Below are positions 22,873-35,600 of a DNA stretch of 45,519 nt, in pieces (positions within the stretch are counted from its first letter, which is position 1; each line of letters begins with the position of its first letter). The notes beneath the pieces are model-generated. The model was not told the origin of the DNA. It ran no database searches and saw only the letters and a list, made by a program, of their open reading frames with translations. The DNA comes from Nemertoderma westbladi (lineage: Eukaryota > Animalia > Xenacoelomorpha): the NCBI GenBank assembly GCA_032718475.1, contig JAUCBJ010005107.1, forward strand, positions 1-45,519, given 5' to 3'. The position numbers and the translations under genes are program-made.

Positions 22873-23331
22873 GTACAATAATAAATAATCAGATAATTGT
22901 GTCACGAACAAGTTTCAACATGCCATTCACATAACTAATTAAAGTAAATTATGTTTGAACGTTCATAAACGTTCAAACAACGTACATATTTAGGTATAAA
23001 AACTGAACGTAAAACTGAATGTAATTTGAACGTTCAATATTCGTTTGTTTTGGTTCATATTCAATTTCACATATTCAAGGACGTTTAATTACCTAATGTG
23101 AATGAACGTCACAATTTCTTAAATTATTCACAACGTCAGCAATTTTTACCTATTTTGAACGATATTTCATTGATGTTCAGATTCGCAGGAAAAAAGTACC
23201 AAATGTGAACGTTCAATTTCTTTCGTGGACGTCCTGTGCTACCTGGGTATATTGTTCAGGTTTCGTAGAAGATTATTTTTAGAATACATTGCATATTTTT
23301 CGTGTTCGGTATAATAACTCAGTATACTTTT

Positions 23332-24640
23332 TGTTACGTGTTAGATATAAATATACTATAATATAGTTCAGTTCAGTTCAGTAATTAATCACAGGTACCG
23401 GTATCACATTAATCACAGATACCGATATCACGTACACAGTAGGCTACTGCACTCCTGCAACTTCAATCCTGCAATCAGGCTACCGGTCCTAGGGTATTTC
23501 TGTCCTTCCCTAAACTGCACAGTACAGCAGTATTATATTAACCCTCCGATCTGCTTGCCCCCTTGACTCCTTTCCTTCCGTAGTCCTTTCCTGCCCGCAT
23601 ACACTACATTCCCCCCTGTTTCCATAGAAACATACTGTACAACCAACCACCCTTGTCAATTTTAGTCATTTTACTTTCAGTTTGCAACTACTTCCAGTTT
23701 CGGTTAGTTTCCGTATCCATAATAGTCTGGAGGGCGACTTGAGCGACCAGATCTAGTAGTGGTTGTGCCTGGTGTCAATTTCTCTACTCCGAGAGGGTCT
23801 GGGCCGGTCCCAATCTTTGGGTTGCTTTCTACAGTAGTACAACTTTCAGACACTTCATTGCTGTTTGTCTCCTGGTCAATATCGATATTATTCTGGTTGA
23901 ACGTTTGTGGGCTTGAGTACTCTCGAGGGAAGCTGGATTTGCCATAGATTTCGCATAGACTGACCATTGGTCTACTGCATGGACCGTTCCATCTGGTGGT
24001 ACATCGGACATGTTGGCCCGGTTTAATGTAAACCAAGTTTCCAATTCTAATGTTATGTCTAACGTTTTCCTCTTCTTCAGTTGTAATTAGGAGGTTTTTG
24101 TTGACTCCTGGAAGTTTTGTTTTTCGTAATGCCATTCCAGCAAAGCACTCTTCCTGAGGGGTCTGCTCCTATCCCCTGCCTTTCGTATTTATGATACCAA
24201 AATGTTGTTTGTTCCAGTGATTTTGCTGATTGGGAAGCCCATGCCTTGATTGTTCGGTGCACCCGCTCTTCTGGGTTTCCTTGTGGGTGGTAGGCACATA
24301 TGGGTACACGAGTAATTTCCCACTCCTGCAAGAATGACTTAAACTCCTTACTCTTGAATGCGGGCCCATCGTGCGGGCCCAATGCGAGTCCGCCATCGGC
24401 CAAAAAGACTTGCTGCAGTTGTGTAGTGACTGAGTTTGTCTTCTCATATTTGCAACACGTCGGCAGATGGTGTAATTTTGGGGCAGATTGGTGTAATTGG
24501 TTTCTGATCCTCATATTCAGTGAAGTCAACTGAGATTCGACTCCAGGGTTTACTGACCTTGGTTGTCCCTGGTTTTAACTGTACTGGAGCTGGGTCTATA
24601 CTATTACACTGATCACATTCACTACACATTTTCTGTATGA
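23332..24640 (-). mobile_element. Ty3/Gypsy 3' fragment: degenerate integrase, PPT and 3' LTR
   Basis: CDQCNSIDPAP...PWSRISVDF, DGPAFKSKEFKSFLQEW...AYHPQGNPEERVHRTIK and C-terminal TRSGRSSRPPDYY. PPT GGAAACAGGGGGGAA precedes TGTAGTG at 23608. The left LTR boundary is uncertain. Confidence 0.85.
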
Positions 24641-24944
24641 GGTTACCATGGACCCCACCCTCTCTACCGGCCTATATGAGGTCCTGTCTCCCCCTCCTGT
24701 TCCCGCTACCATCAAGGGATATACTACTGTATTTAACTTTTTTAATTTTATTTTCTCATTCAGTTTCGTTTGTCCTATATTAGATTAGATCATCTTGTTA
24801 TAGTAAATAAAACAAATAAATAAAATACTTACTGGTGGTCAAACTGAAACCTTCTCGTCAAATGTGAATGGGTCACTATAAATTCCAAATCTTGATGTTT
24901 TATCACTTAATTAAATCCAGTGTCAATATCCTTTTGAGTGAAAT
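24641..24944 (+). repeat. Copy B of the duplicated segment (empty site for the solo LTR; target of element 2)
   Basis: Contains a single AATCT at 24888-24892 where copy A has AATCT-LTR-AATCT. Confidence 0.88.
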
Positions 24945-26040
24945 TGTAAAAGCTTTTGCGGACAAAATAAGTCATTTTGAGCAATGCGCTGAAATACTCT
25001 AAAAGACTTATAAACTTATGCAACTACGCGTCTGTCCAAACTCAGAGCTGAGATGACGAAATCTACCAGCTGTTTCTTTGTGTAAAGGATCTGTGTTAGT
25101 TGTTGATATATTTCAGCCAATCAGAGCGATCTCCCTTTACCTGTGCTCTGTAGCCTATGTAAAATGACGCAATGCGGCAAATTTATCAGAATTAATTCAT
25201 TCTGATTTTCTGGCTCTGTTCTGACTTCGCCCGAAAAACATCAGTGGCTTGAGATGGGTCATAAGAACGCAAATCTATTAACAACAAAACACTGCATTTC
25301 ATACATTTCAAACGTATCAAACTTTCATATTATACCACATATCATCGCAATTCTGAATTCTGATACTGCAACACTGCTGTTGCGCCGCTAACACCGTTTT
25401 TTACTGTTTTATACTATTATTAGCTGTTGTTATATATTAATGGATGTTATATTTGGAGAATACTGATGAATAATCGTTAAATCCCCCTGAACTTTCTTAA
25501 TTACTGAGGTAAGCAGAAGGATGTATCAGTAGCAATTGTGGCTCAATTTATAGTGGTCTGTATGAATTTAATGCTATTTCATAACCTCAAGGTATGTGAG
25601 TTGCAATCCTCCTTATATATGACTAAAATCGGTGACAGTCGGCAAATCAGTGTGTGTTAGTGTGATTATTGGTACAGAAGTTGAGTGTGAAGGTTAATAA
25701 AGCATTCCTAAAGAATGCGTCATTTGCAAAATATCACGGCCACTCATTGTAATTAGTGTCAGACATAACTCTGAGTGATACTTAAAGCGCCACGGCCCAA
25801 CGGAACTGTTAATATTTCCCTGAAAGTAAATATAGTTGCTGGAGATTATATAGTAGTGATCAATCGAATAATACAAAATAGCCTACTCATCTCTCTACAA
25901 AAGAATCCAGTCTCCCACACCCGTGGGTCATACGCCGTGCTAGACTGGCTTCAGCTGATGTCAATTAGTACGGGCGATTATCAACTCATAAGACACTTAA
26001 ATTAGCAGGTTAAACTGTTAAAGGTCTAAAAGCGCGAACA
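24945..26040 (+). repeat. 5' LTR of element 2
   Basis: Termini match the reverse complement of the element 1 LTR ends. 25272-25571 is repeated at 37623-37929. Confidence 0.9.
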
Positions 26041-27813
26041 TTTATAGATTTTCTCTTTTTATTGCTCAGTAGGCAATAAACCCTACCGTACCGGTCGAAT
26101 GGTAACCTAGGCTCAGCGGTACCGGTCCGGTACCATATAGCAGTATTACTTCGATTGTGAAATATTGTATATCGTGGGCTGTTAGAGAATTAGGGATTGA
26201 TCACCCCTTATTTCTTGTATGGTTTACTTATTTCTGTTGGCTTTATTTATCTGTAAGTGTAGTATCGAGCAGGCTGAATTACAGGCTCATAGGCTGAATT
26301 GTTGCCTGATTGTTGTTAGGTCTGAAGTGGATTACAGTGTGTGTAGGTTATTTGTCCAATAAAGTGCTAGTTAGGAAGTGGTGGCTTCCAAAGTTGTAAG
26401 GTAAATCCCCCTCTAAAGAATAAGTCGTACTACGTAGTCTAGAACGCTTACTAACTAACAATTTTGGAGACTGCATATACTGTGGTTTATTTTAGGCTTG
26501 GCGGTAGTCTGTCAGCATTTTTGGTCTGTGTTTTGTTTAAATAGTCTGTACAGGTAGCGTAATATTATTATTCAGAGTTTATGCAAGTAATTTATACCAT
26601 CATGTCACCAAGTTTATTCCTTACAGTAATTCTGCTTGTTATGCATACCGTAATAGTTATAAATTAACCCCGGTACTACTTCAGGACTGCTTGGCATAGG
26701 ACAGACTGGTGATTTCTTTAGCATCGGATGAGTAAGCCTAAATACTCCGGTCACTCCAGCAGATGCTGTGGTTCTTTTAGCTGTTCACGTATATTTAACT
26801 GCAAGTTATATGTTGTATAAGTGCTAGTATCTAATCTAGGGTTTAGAGTACAGCACTTTCCTGAAAGTTAATTTAGTGTGTACGCAGTATATTTGTGTTG
26901 TAACGTGGTTAATAGGTCTGTTAGCATAGGCTTCGATAATTAATCTCTAGGTATAGGACACTCTGGGTACGTTTGTTTATAGTGTAGACTATAAGCCGTC
27001 ATACGGTGGCATTTCCTTATCTGGACAACACAACGTATAGAATACTACTTTATTGGTTTCAAAATTCCTAAATTCCCTATCAGTCTGTAAGAACCAGAAA
27101 TTCAAAATTTTTGTTAGTCTGGTTTGTAAAATTCTTGTAAAATTACCCTAAAAAATTGTACATGTAACTTTGTTTATTGTTTGCTTAGAGATTGTGTAAT
27201 ATCAACCCGATACGTAAGTAATTTGTAGTGATAAGTAACTTAGTTAATTAGAACTATCAGTATTTAGTGTCTAACAAGTAGCACTCCACTGAGAGCGTCA
27301 AACCTCTGTGTAGTGACTTCGTACTCAGAAATAATAACATCTATTTCAATAATTGACAAAACCCATTACGGGTACATATATATTTGTAAATTTAACTCAA
27401 TCAGATTTATAAATTAGTAGGCCTGTTAGAATCAATTAGGTCTTAATATCAGTTGAACCTATTGCTTAATATCAGTAATAGAGTAAAGGGGAAATAATTC
27501 CTAAAATCGGATATAATCAGTTATTATTTAATTATTGATAATATCGGTGTCTACAGTAAGCTTATTATACATTTATATAACTTAGGCTAAACCCATATAC
27601 CGGCATTCAGTGATTAATATCAGTCTGTATCTGTAGTCTTAGTAATACTGTTATATATACTATAGAGTGTATACTGGTATTATAACACTTGTTATCTACC
27701 CACGTTACATTGAGTAACAATATTTGGTAACTATAAGACTGACAGTTGATAATGATTTACCTTAGACTTACTTTAACTGTTGTTATAGTGATAGGCATTC
27801 AACTGTGATAATT

Positions 27814-30800
27814 ATGTCTGATCCAAAACAGATACTTTCAGATAGCCTCTTGGGACAGACAATCTCTGACCCAGATCAAAGTATAGAAAGGACCCGACCG
27901 AGGTCTAAGTCCCCACCTACTGTAAGAAAGGCCATCCCTACAGTAATGGTGTAGGACCCTAGGTTAGTGGAGCACCATAGGTCTATTATAGGCACTAGCT
28001 AAGTTAAGTTAAGCTAAGCCAAGTTAAGCGAGACCAAGCGACGGCTGCAGAACAGCGGCGGCACCCTGACCGGGAATTTATCTCTAAACAACCCTGTGAC
28101 CCTAGTTCCAGTACCGAAGAGTTAACGCCCGAGACTGGTTCATGGATGGAAGAGGTGGTTTACTCTGACCCACTCCTGATTATTCCTGGGGTAGTGCTCA
28201 CTCGAGTTCTTCTAGCCATAGAAAGAACATCAAGCGGACTGGACAAGAAATAAGCGGTCAACCCCGGATACCCTCTCGAGGAATTTTAGTCTATTGTGGA
28301 AACTCAATGGAACTTTCCCGGACACGGACTACCATTTAACTTCTCAGAAGCTGCCTGGAAAGACCTACATCAGATGGGCATAGTTCGAGATACCAGAGAT
28401 CCCGCTGTAGGGAAGAGGTCGGCAGCCGGATATGTCCAGGGATTCTTCAACTCCTTAGGACAAATAGAAACGCAGTTACTCCGAGGGCAACTGGGACCAC
28501 TCGAGCAGGGAGAACTGCTATATCAAGTAAGAGAATGGATACTAAGGATTAGATTATATTAGATCAGTGTTCAAAGAAGCTTCAAAGATAAGTCAAGAAA
28601 CATCACTACAAGTGTCAGTAAAGACCTGGTTCCAACGAGTCAATGTTAAAGTCCAGGGAACAACCAAGTGGTAGGCTCAGTTGGCAGAACAACTAGTCTA
28701 CTGAGAATCCACGATGCAGTCACTTCTCATGGGGAAAGCAACGCAGTATCTGAAAAACCTCCGAAAAAAGATGCTATTGACATCTATTTATCTGATTACC
28801 AACGATTCATAGGTGACAAAGAGCTAAGGAGACGTCTAGCGGGACTTCACCCCAACAGTGAAGCAGCCAACTTAATCCTAGACGCATTGAATGCTGTGAT
28901 GCAAGCGGCAGAGCAGGCTAAAATAGATGAAAGCGTTCTCATCGCTTTAGACAAGGAGGAACAAGTAAAGAAAGGATTAATAGAAGAAAGGAAAAGAGCT
29001 GCCGCCGCTGAAGCCGAACTTAAAGCTGCAGCAGCAGAAGTCAAATGGAAAGCTGCAGCGGCAGCGGCAGCGGCAGAAGTCGAACTGAAAGCTGCAGCGG
29101 CAGAGGTCGAGCGGAAGGTTGCAGCGGCAGCAGCAGAAGTCGAATAGAAAGCTGCAGCGGCAGAAGTCGAACTTAAGGCTGCCACAACAGAAGTTGAAAG
29201 AAAGGCAACTGAAGCCAAAGCATAACTAGAGTTAGAGACCATTCAAGCGAGACAAGATTTCTTAAGTAAATAAAGGGCAGCGACTCAAATGCAATACCTA
29301 AGTCGATCTACCCCTAAAAGACATGGATTTAATACCTCCTCGGACGAAGGTACTACCACTGATTCCGAGTGTAGAAGTAACAAATCCCATTCAAACGGAA
29401 GTAGAAGAGTGCCCCTAGGACATAAGTTACCTAACTTGCCCCCCCCCCCTCCCCCCCCCCCCCCCCCGTGAGAAGGGAATTAGCTAGCGCAGACTTAAGA
29501 ACTGGAGAGTCAATAACTCAAGTTATACAATCAATACTATAATGGATGAGCCAGAAATAATTAGGCCTGCTATCAATAGTACTGCTTTAATGGAGACCCC
29601 TTTGCTGCCTGAAAACAATTCTGAGTTCCCTTTACACAGTACCAAACTTCCCTTGACCAGTAGACAAATACCCGAGTCCCGAGGTATGGAAACAGAACGC
29701 AAAATGTTCTGGAAGGGACTGTCCCCTGTAGCCCCGATGAGTCATCCAGCTACTACATTGGCGGCTCCCACACCTGCGGTTGAGTGGATGGAGGAGGGGC
29801 GGCGGGAGATGAGAGAGTTGCTTGGGCACTTAGCCCAAACAAAGGCCCAATCCACTGAGCAAGTCAGGGATTTGGAAGGAACTGTCAAATTATTAAAGGG
29901 AACAGTATGGGACAGTAAAATAGAGTTGCAAGAAGTGCAGCAACACATCGCTCTAGAGCACGATAAATTAGTAAATATACAAATGGGTATACCACCACCC
30001 CCAATAACGGTGGTATCAGCCCTTTAGGCCTGAATTACCTCATGCGCAAGGTGTGGAGCCTACACGCATCTATACTGCTAGTGAAGTAGAAACTCCTATA
30101 GTAAACCATGTTAATAATATTAATAAACCAGTTGATAATGATATCCCATACCGATCTGATAATAATCCAAGAAATTTATATACCAATAATTCGATATTAA
30201 ATAGTACAATGGCTCAAGAGAGTTTCACGCGTCAGATGGCTAGGATGGAAGCTCGTCAAGCTGTAAAGGTGGGAGAGGTTGTCAAGTTCAATGGAGATGA
30301 GATGAAGTGGTTACCTTTTAATTAATATTACAAAGATAACATACAATACTCTGTACTATCCAACGGAGAAAAACTATGATTCCTCATCGAGTGCTTGGAA
30401 TGTCCTCCCAAGTTAATGGCGTTAAAGTTTATTGGACATCCTGATGGATGAAGACAAGTCTGGGATACACTTAACATCAGGTATGGTAATAGGACTAACA
30501 TAGCTAGATATCTGTATGCAAAATTAGTAGCACCCAGGAAGTTTCCTAGCAATGGGATTATAGAGTTTTCCGATGAGATTCAGGATATCTGTAGACAGTT
30601 AGACTGGTTGGATAAATCTCATGAATACCAATGTTCTATGGAGGTAGGAGCTGTAGCGTCAACTTTGCCAAAGGGCGGAGTAGGTACTCGTTGGGACAAA
30701 AAGATTTTATACTTTATGGACCAACATCAGAGAGATCCAACCATGGCGGACATTATGTTGTTCTTAAATGGAGAGGTAAGATTACAGCTAATTAAACAGT

Positions 30801-31310
30801 CTAGAGAGAAGACTCCAGAAACCAAGATGAGTGAGAAACCTGTTGCTAGGAGAAAGATAACACCAGTATGTTATACTGAGTATAAGAGTCAAACGTCCTA
30901 TGATGTGGACAGCAGCAAGGACACCGAAGAGATTTATTATACGAGTAAAGGTAAGGACATAGGAAAACCCAAGGTTTGACCTAATAACAAGGGAGAACAA
31001 CTTAGAACTCCTCCTACGTCTCCTAAGAGAATTCCTGGTTGGAAGACTGAGGAAAGAACTCATGTACAAAACACCATGCATACAAAGGTAAGTAACATAA
31101 AACCTAAGTATGTATTGCGCGAAGGGCCCCACCACTTAAGTAGGTGTGAGGAATTCTTAAAGAAAGAACTAAAGGATAGGCGTAGTGTAACTTGGGATAA
31201 AAGGTTTACAACTGCCTCCAGAGGGGACATCAAAGGAGAACCTGTTACTCCTATGCGATGTACGCTAAGTGTGGAGCGAAACACCATATCCTACTGCACA
31301 CCGAGTTTGA
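27814..31310 (+). pseudogene. gag: gag1, degenerate homolog of the element 1 Gag
   Basis: Starts MSDPKQILSDSLLG and includes DAIDIYLSDYQRF, PTRIYTASEVETP, QESFTRQMAR, PKGGVGTRWDKK and CAKCGAKHHILLH-like blocks. Many stops and frameshifts. Confidence 0.92.
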
Positions 31311-32439
31311 TAAGGTACGCGACGCGAGTCAACATACGACGGAAGATGCTGGACGTTATATCAAACCACCGATGTCCGAGGCGCAGCTTAAACGTGAATT
31401 GGACTATAGAAAATTCACGGCACGCTATACGTATCGCAATTGTACATATATGGACTTCTTGACTACTGGTTATCCTATCGATTTACACAATGCGGACGAT
31501 GTGGATACCGAAAGGGAGATGATTTTATTTAAATATCACTCGCAGCGGAGTTGGAACGACAAACTGAGAATCGAACATGAAAATTATATTCGAAACCGAC
31601 TTGAAAGAGTAGATGTTGAAGAACCAGACAAGCGTACTAACTTTTACAAATATTTAGAGTTCCTGAGAGAAACTTATCTCAATGTAGCTAGTCAACAAAA
31701 TCTAGAAACTCGATATCCACAAGGTATACATCCTAATCCTATGATGGAACTTAAACAATTGTATTTTACATGATATATCTTACCGCTAATTGACCCCTAC
31801 CTGTTATACCGGATAGCTTCGAACAGATGGAGGAATATTATAAAACGGGAGAAAAGTCGCTAGTGTTTCCTTTACAAGATGTGCGTCTTTGGTATTACTG
31901 CGATGAATGCCCTAGACCCAATCAACAAACGGAATGCCATAAACACCCGCAGAGACGTTGCACTAAACATAGTTTCACTCGCTATACTTACGGGAGTTTT
32001 GAGCGAAACCTGTTCGACGTTGCCACCCACGCTCGCTCGACTCAAACGATCCTTAAGTAAACCTTTGATCAGAGTTCCGGAATACTTGGTCAGACCTCCT
32101 TATTCCCCAGTCCGACCACAGACTCTCGACCCTAACAGTATGACAGACCCTCCTGAGTTGTACTCGTTGTTCAAAGATCTGGTGCTACCCGAACAATTAG
32201 TCGGTGGCACTCCTGTTGTGGGCTCCTTGGATATTTGCCCATCCTACCTAGCCGGATTAGAACGCAGACATCTAATATCTCCGTTCAACCCATATAATCG
32301 TCCCGGTTTGACTCCAATACAACCTGTCACCGAGGTGGAGAAAAGTGTCATACGGAACGCACTGGACGCAATTCGGCAAAAGATCGGAAAGGGAACCTAT
32401 GATTGTTTAGACAAATGTAGACTACATGGACTACAGTAG
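31311..32439 (+). pseudogene. Unknown accessory ORF fused in frame to the last gag1 knuckle
   Basis: ORF 31258-31773 runs from HHILLHTEF directly into EDAGRYIKPPMSEAQLKRELDYRKF. Homology to 10280-11160 (minus) continues to about 32430. Confidence 0.7.
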
Positions 32440-32688
32440 ACGGTGGGGTCGTACTCCGGGAGATTGCCATCACCCCGGAGAAACACAACCTGATGAAATA
32501 TACCACACACCGGGAGAGGGATACAGAGTGTACCGGTACGAGGATGAAGACAGGAGAGGGGATCTGAGAGAAACTTCCCATCGGAACTTAGCTGCCGATT
32601 GAGAATATGGTAGTCACGGGGAGGCCCGACAGGTGAACCACACCCAACAACAAAAGAGTCTGTATTCCTACCATCGAGCGCGCTGGAA

Positions 32689-35600
32689 GTGCAAGCGATG
32701 GGAATGGCAATACTCATCGACGCGCTGAAGACTAGGGTCGAGCTGCCGCCAGTGGAGCCCTTCAAGTTTGATGGGAGTAAGCCGGAGGAATATCTGCAAT
32801 TCCGGCGTATGTACAGCAATGAAATCTTAACGAAAAACCTGACGCAGGTGGAGTGCCTTAAACATCTACAAGTCTACACAGGGGGGCCAGCATACGACAT
32901 CATGAGACAATACCAAGGTATTGAAGGAGGATTCACGACTGCATGGCGAGCCCTGGACAGGGAATTCGGGCATCCTGCGAAGATTATCCGACAAACCTTA
33001 AGGGGAATAACATCAGGCGGACTTCAGGACAACCCTGTCAGCATCAAAACCTTCGCCAACAAAGTAGAAAAGGCGCTAATAGTATTAAAGACCCTGGATG
33101 CACCTTACGAACTCAATGCATCAAACAACATCACTACAATAGCGCAGGCACTGCCGATCTGGCTGAGAAACAAGTGGATTAAGATCGCTTTCTCCACCCG
33201 AGAGAGGAATGGTGCGGAGCCAGGGCTGGAGGAAATGTGGAACTTCCTTCACTACGAAGCGGAAATCATCACAGACCCAGTCTATAGTGAGGACAGTCTC
33301 GGTAAGGTACTGAAAGCGGAATGCAGCCGATCTAAACGAGAACATAGTTCGGCGGATGCGCTATACAAGGAACGCTACAATCCCAATTACAAATCTCAAT
33401 TGCATAGAAACGGGTTCCACAAGACCATAGACTGCAAGCATTGGCAGGCGTTACTTAAACAATATCGGGCAGCCTACACTGGTAAGAATGGACTATGTCA
33501 TCGATGCGTGGTAGGAGGGCACAGATTTGCCGAGTGCAAGGAACCTCCAGTAAAATACGACGAGGTTGATGGAAATGGAGGCTAAACGATGGCGACAAGC
33601 ACCACGGGAGCGAAGAAAAGGGGAATGGTACTACTCGGTGAGGATAATAGGAGAGGATGAGCTGTCGGTCACGACGCTAATGTTGGTCGACAGCGGAGCA
33701 GCGTTCACACTAGCGGAAAGTTGGGTGGCCGAAAAGATAGGGTTGCGGACGAGGCCAAGCAAAATGGCAGTAACCACCATCTCGAGTAAGGATGATGTCT
33801 TGAGGATGAGAATGGTGCATTCCGAAATATCAGTGATAACACCAGGGTGCGATTATGGGGCTACGATCGATCCCATTCAAATAATATAATTGATTAATAT
33901 AAACGCCAGGCAGCCCACAAAGATCGAGGTCGAGCAATACCAGTACCTGGATGAGAATGATTTCTCCGTACCCGAACTGGACGTCCCGAAAGTATCTCCC
34001 ATAGTCGGCATGGATTGCCTGACAGCCCACGAGAGACTACGGACCGTATTCGGCGAGGATAGGGAGTGAGACCCGATGGCGATTCTCACGCCATTCAGAT
34101 GGACGCTCAGTGGCCCAATTAAGACCAGAATCCCGTTTTATGTCGGAATCCTCAGGGTGCATGTTTTCGGGCTCAATGAAGGAAATGGAGGATGAAGGAG
34201 CAGAGGAACAACTCAAGAGGCTGCTGCGGCAGGACTTCGAAGGGTTGAAGGAGACTGGGGTCGGGACCTCGGTGGAGGATAAACAGGCGTTGGAGAGCGT
34301 GAAGAACTCGATGAAGTGGTAAGGAGGGCGGTAGACCATAGGGATGAAATGGAAACAACTGAAGTTGCCGCTACCAGATAACAAGAGGATGGTCTTGACG
34401 AGGCTCCGAAAGTTGAAGCAGATACTCAAACGGAGCCCCGAAAAAAGGATGAATACATCCACAAGACGTTTAAGAAGTATGTGGACAGAGGGTGGGTGGT
34501 GGAGTTGCCGGTCGATGAACCTATTTGCTATTTGCCACTGCATATGGCTTTGGATCCTAAGAAGGGCAAACTAAGGATGGTGGTCAACGCGTCGGCCAAG
34601 ACTAATGGCAAGAGTCTGAATGACTACCTGCAGGAAGGCCCCAACATTTACAACTCGAGGATAGAGGTCCTGTGGGAAAGCACGCCTTCACGTGCAATAT
34701 AGAAGGCATGTTCAACCAGGTTCGAGTGACAGAGGAGGACAGCGATAGTCAGCGCTTCCTGTGATACAACGGCGATGAAGAACCGTCGGAGATACTGATA
34801 TACAAGATGGTAGTGCAGAACATGGGGGCCAAATCATCCTTGTTCACTACGACTACAGCTGTGAGAGACACGGTGTAGGGTAAAGAGGGAGAATACAGTG
34901 AGAAGGCGATCGACATGATTCGATGCGGATTCTATGTGGACGATGAGATAGGATCTGGAAACACGGTTGAAGAAATACTCGACGTGTACGGTGCGAAGTT
35001 CGCGACATACTAAAAGGATTGGGGTTCAACCTCACAGAATTCCAGTCCAACTCCGAATAATTTATGGAGGCCATAGAAGATAAACAACCAGAGACAATGA
35101 TAAACAAACCTACAACAGCAAAGGGGCAGATTATGGCGGACAAGAGGATAGAGTCGCAGCAGATGGCACTAGGGATCGTATGGAACTGGGAGATGGATGA
35201 GTTGGAGTACCAGGAGGGCGCCGAAATCCATACTAAATGAGGCTCTGTGTCATACATAGCGAGGATTTATGATCCCCTAGGCCTGGCATCCCCGTTGTTA
35301 GTCATGGGGAAACAGATATTGAAGAAAGTGTATAAGTTGAATGATGATTGGGACGCGGAGATCCCGGTGGAGATAAGTAGACAATGGGACAGTGTTTTCC
35401 GACGCATCCTTGGAAGCATATGGAGCGGCACTTTATTTGGTACAGTGAAAGGGGGCCCATAAGCCCAGGCTTGTGTTTAGTAAACCGAGGTAGATGCCAC
35501 CAGATTCAGCATCAGTGCCAAAACTCGAGCTAATGGCTGCGAGATTAGGGCGACAGCATACTTGATGGAAACTATACCGAGTATAGTACTACTGTCCAGT

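Larger units (their letters stand above)
8542..23247. mobile_element. Non-autonomous TIR DNA transposon (CMC/EnSpm-like ends) expanded by nested insertions
   Basis: 13-bp TIR CCCAGGTAGCACA (8542) / TGTGCTACCTGGG (ends 23247), with TA on both flanks. Many subterminal (GA)ACGT(TC) repeats at 8557-8615, 20482-20545 and 22950-23232. The superfamily call is inferred. Confidence 0.75.
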
